64,000 nt of DNA from an uncultured marine group I thaumarchaeote (GTDB taxonomy: Archaea > Thermoproteota > Nitrososphaeria > Nitrososphaerales > Nitrosopumilaceae): the NCBI GenBank assembly GCA_902566725.1, contig CACFJZ010000002.1, forward strand, positions 1,432 to 65,431, written 5' to 3'. Both the position numbers and the translations under genes were made by a program. How positions within the stretch are numbered: position 1 is the first letter of the stretch; the number at the start of each line of letters is the position of its first letter. The notes under the pieces were generated by a model. The model did no database searches, was not told where the DNA came from, and was given only the letters and a program-made list of their open reading frames with translations. Positions 63,094 through 64,000 of this stretch are shown here, piece by piece.

Positions 63094-63169
63094 CCATTCA
63101 AAAATCATGCGTAAATAACCACTTTTTGGCGATCAGTAATATAATTAGAGGTAAAAAAACAGATAGGAA

Positions 63170-64000
63170 ATGACAACAACATTAGAGATCTACAAAAAAA
63201 AGACAAAGAAATCTTCAAAGTTATTTTCAAGAGCAAAAAAGGTCCACATCAATGGAGTTCATCATAACATAAGATTTTTTGAACCATACCCATTTGTCAC
63301 AAAATCAGCAGATGGAAAGTTTCTCAAAGATGTAGATTCCAACAATTACGTAGATTATTGGATGGGACACTGGAGTTTGATTCTAGGACATGCTCAGAGA
63401 AAAGTCCAGAGAAAAGCTGCAAGTCAGTTGAAAAAAGGATGGATGCATGGAACATCAAATGAAAATGCAATACCACTTTCAGAGAAGATTTCAAAGGCAG
63501 TACCAGTAGCAGAGAAAATTCGTTATGCATCAACTGGTACAGAGGCTACAATGTATTCTGTCAGATTAGCTCGTGCCGTAACAGGGAAAAAAATTATTGC
63601 AAAAATTGATGGTGGATGGCATGGGTATACAACAGATTTACTAAAGACAGTTAACTGGCCATTTGACGTTTCAGAAAGTCAAGGACTTACAGATGAAGAA
63701 CACATCATTTCATTACCATTAAATAACTTGGAAGAATCTTCGAGGATTTTAAATTCAGTAAAGAAGGATTTGGCAGGGATTTTGATTGAACCGGTTTTAG
63801 GAGGGGGAGGAGCAATTCCTGCAACACAAGAATATCTTAGAGGTTTACAAGAGATGGTTAAATCAAATAATGCACTTTTCATGTTAGATGAAATTGTTAC
63901 AGGTTTTAGATTCAGATATGGATGTCTTTATCCAACAATGAAGTTGGATCCTGATATCGTGACATTGGGAAAAATTGTCGGAGGAGGATTTCCAATAGGA
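63170..64000 (+). CDS. hemL: Glutamate-1-semialdehyde 2,1-aminomutase-like class III aminotransferase (runs off window end)
   Basis: Manual translation from ATG 63170: ...YVDYWMGH...TGTEATM..VRLARA.TG...GGWHG...LIEPV...LDEIVTGFR...[17 protein letters not shown]. Confidence 0.88.
   Translation, partial: MTTTLEIYKKKTKKSSKLFSRAKKVHINGVHHNIRFFEPYPFVTKSADGKFLKDVDSNNYVDYWMGHWSLILGHAQRKVQRKAASQLKKGWMHGTSNENAIPLSEKISKAVPVAEKIRYASTGTEATMYSVRLARAVTGKKIIAKIDGGWHGYTTDLLKTVNWPFDVSESQGLTDEEHIISLPLNNLEESSRILNSVKKDLAGILIEPVLGGGGAIPATQEYLRGLQEMVKSNNALFMLDEIVTGFRFRYGCLYPTMKLDPDIVTLGKIVGGGFPIG

Overview
AT-rich, gene-dense chromosomal segment of a marine ammonia-oxidising archaeon (Nitrosopumilaceae, Nitrososphaerota/Thaumarchaeota), judged from the 16S-23S rRNA genes (minus strand, ~58.2-62.9 kb), a PEFG-CTERM protein and the 3HP/4HB-cycle methylmalonyl-CoA genes. 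Most of the window is housekeeping: Hef helicase, PolB, TIM, PPDK, NDH-2, mutase/epimerase/MeaB, IlvC, YchF, aSelBL, MqnD/MqnE, Dus, two TFBs, EF-2, SNF2, BirA, DpsL, CspA, HemL. The most interesting part is a cell-envelope locus at ~20.3-30.8 kb. A winged-helix regulator lies divergent from a run of five genes: a shortened S-layer-protein paralogue, a membrane protein, a large exported multidomain protein, a Cys/His/Met-rich BNR beta-propeller and a TlpA-CcdA fusion. Its two promoters share a 23-bp palindrome (TAGTNCA-N9-TGNACTA) placed exactly 26 bp upstream of the TATA box. I infer a regulated surface thiol-redox/copper-handling system. Also found: several Cys/His-rich micro-proteins missing from the ORF track (one metallothionein-like), a second recurrent promoter motif (TTRGCACTA), a perfect palindrome at the dpsL start, a canonical BHB on the pre-23S stem, and a compensatory 16S helix-1 change that mismatches primer Arch21F. 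No CRISPR, tRNA, integrase or transposase was recognised. All family assignments come from motif recognition by eye, not database searches.
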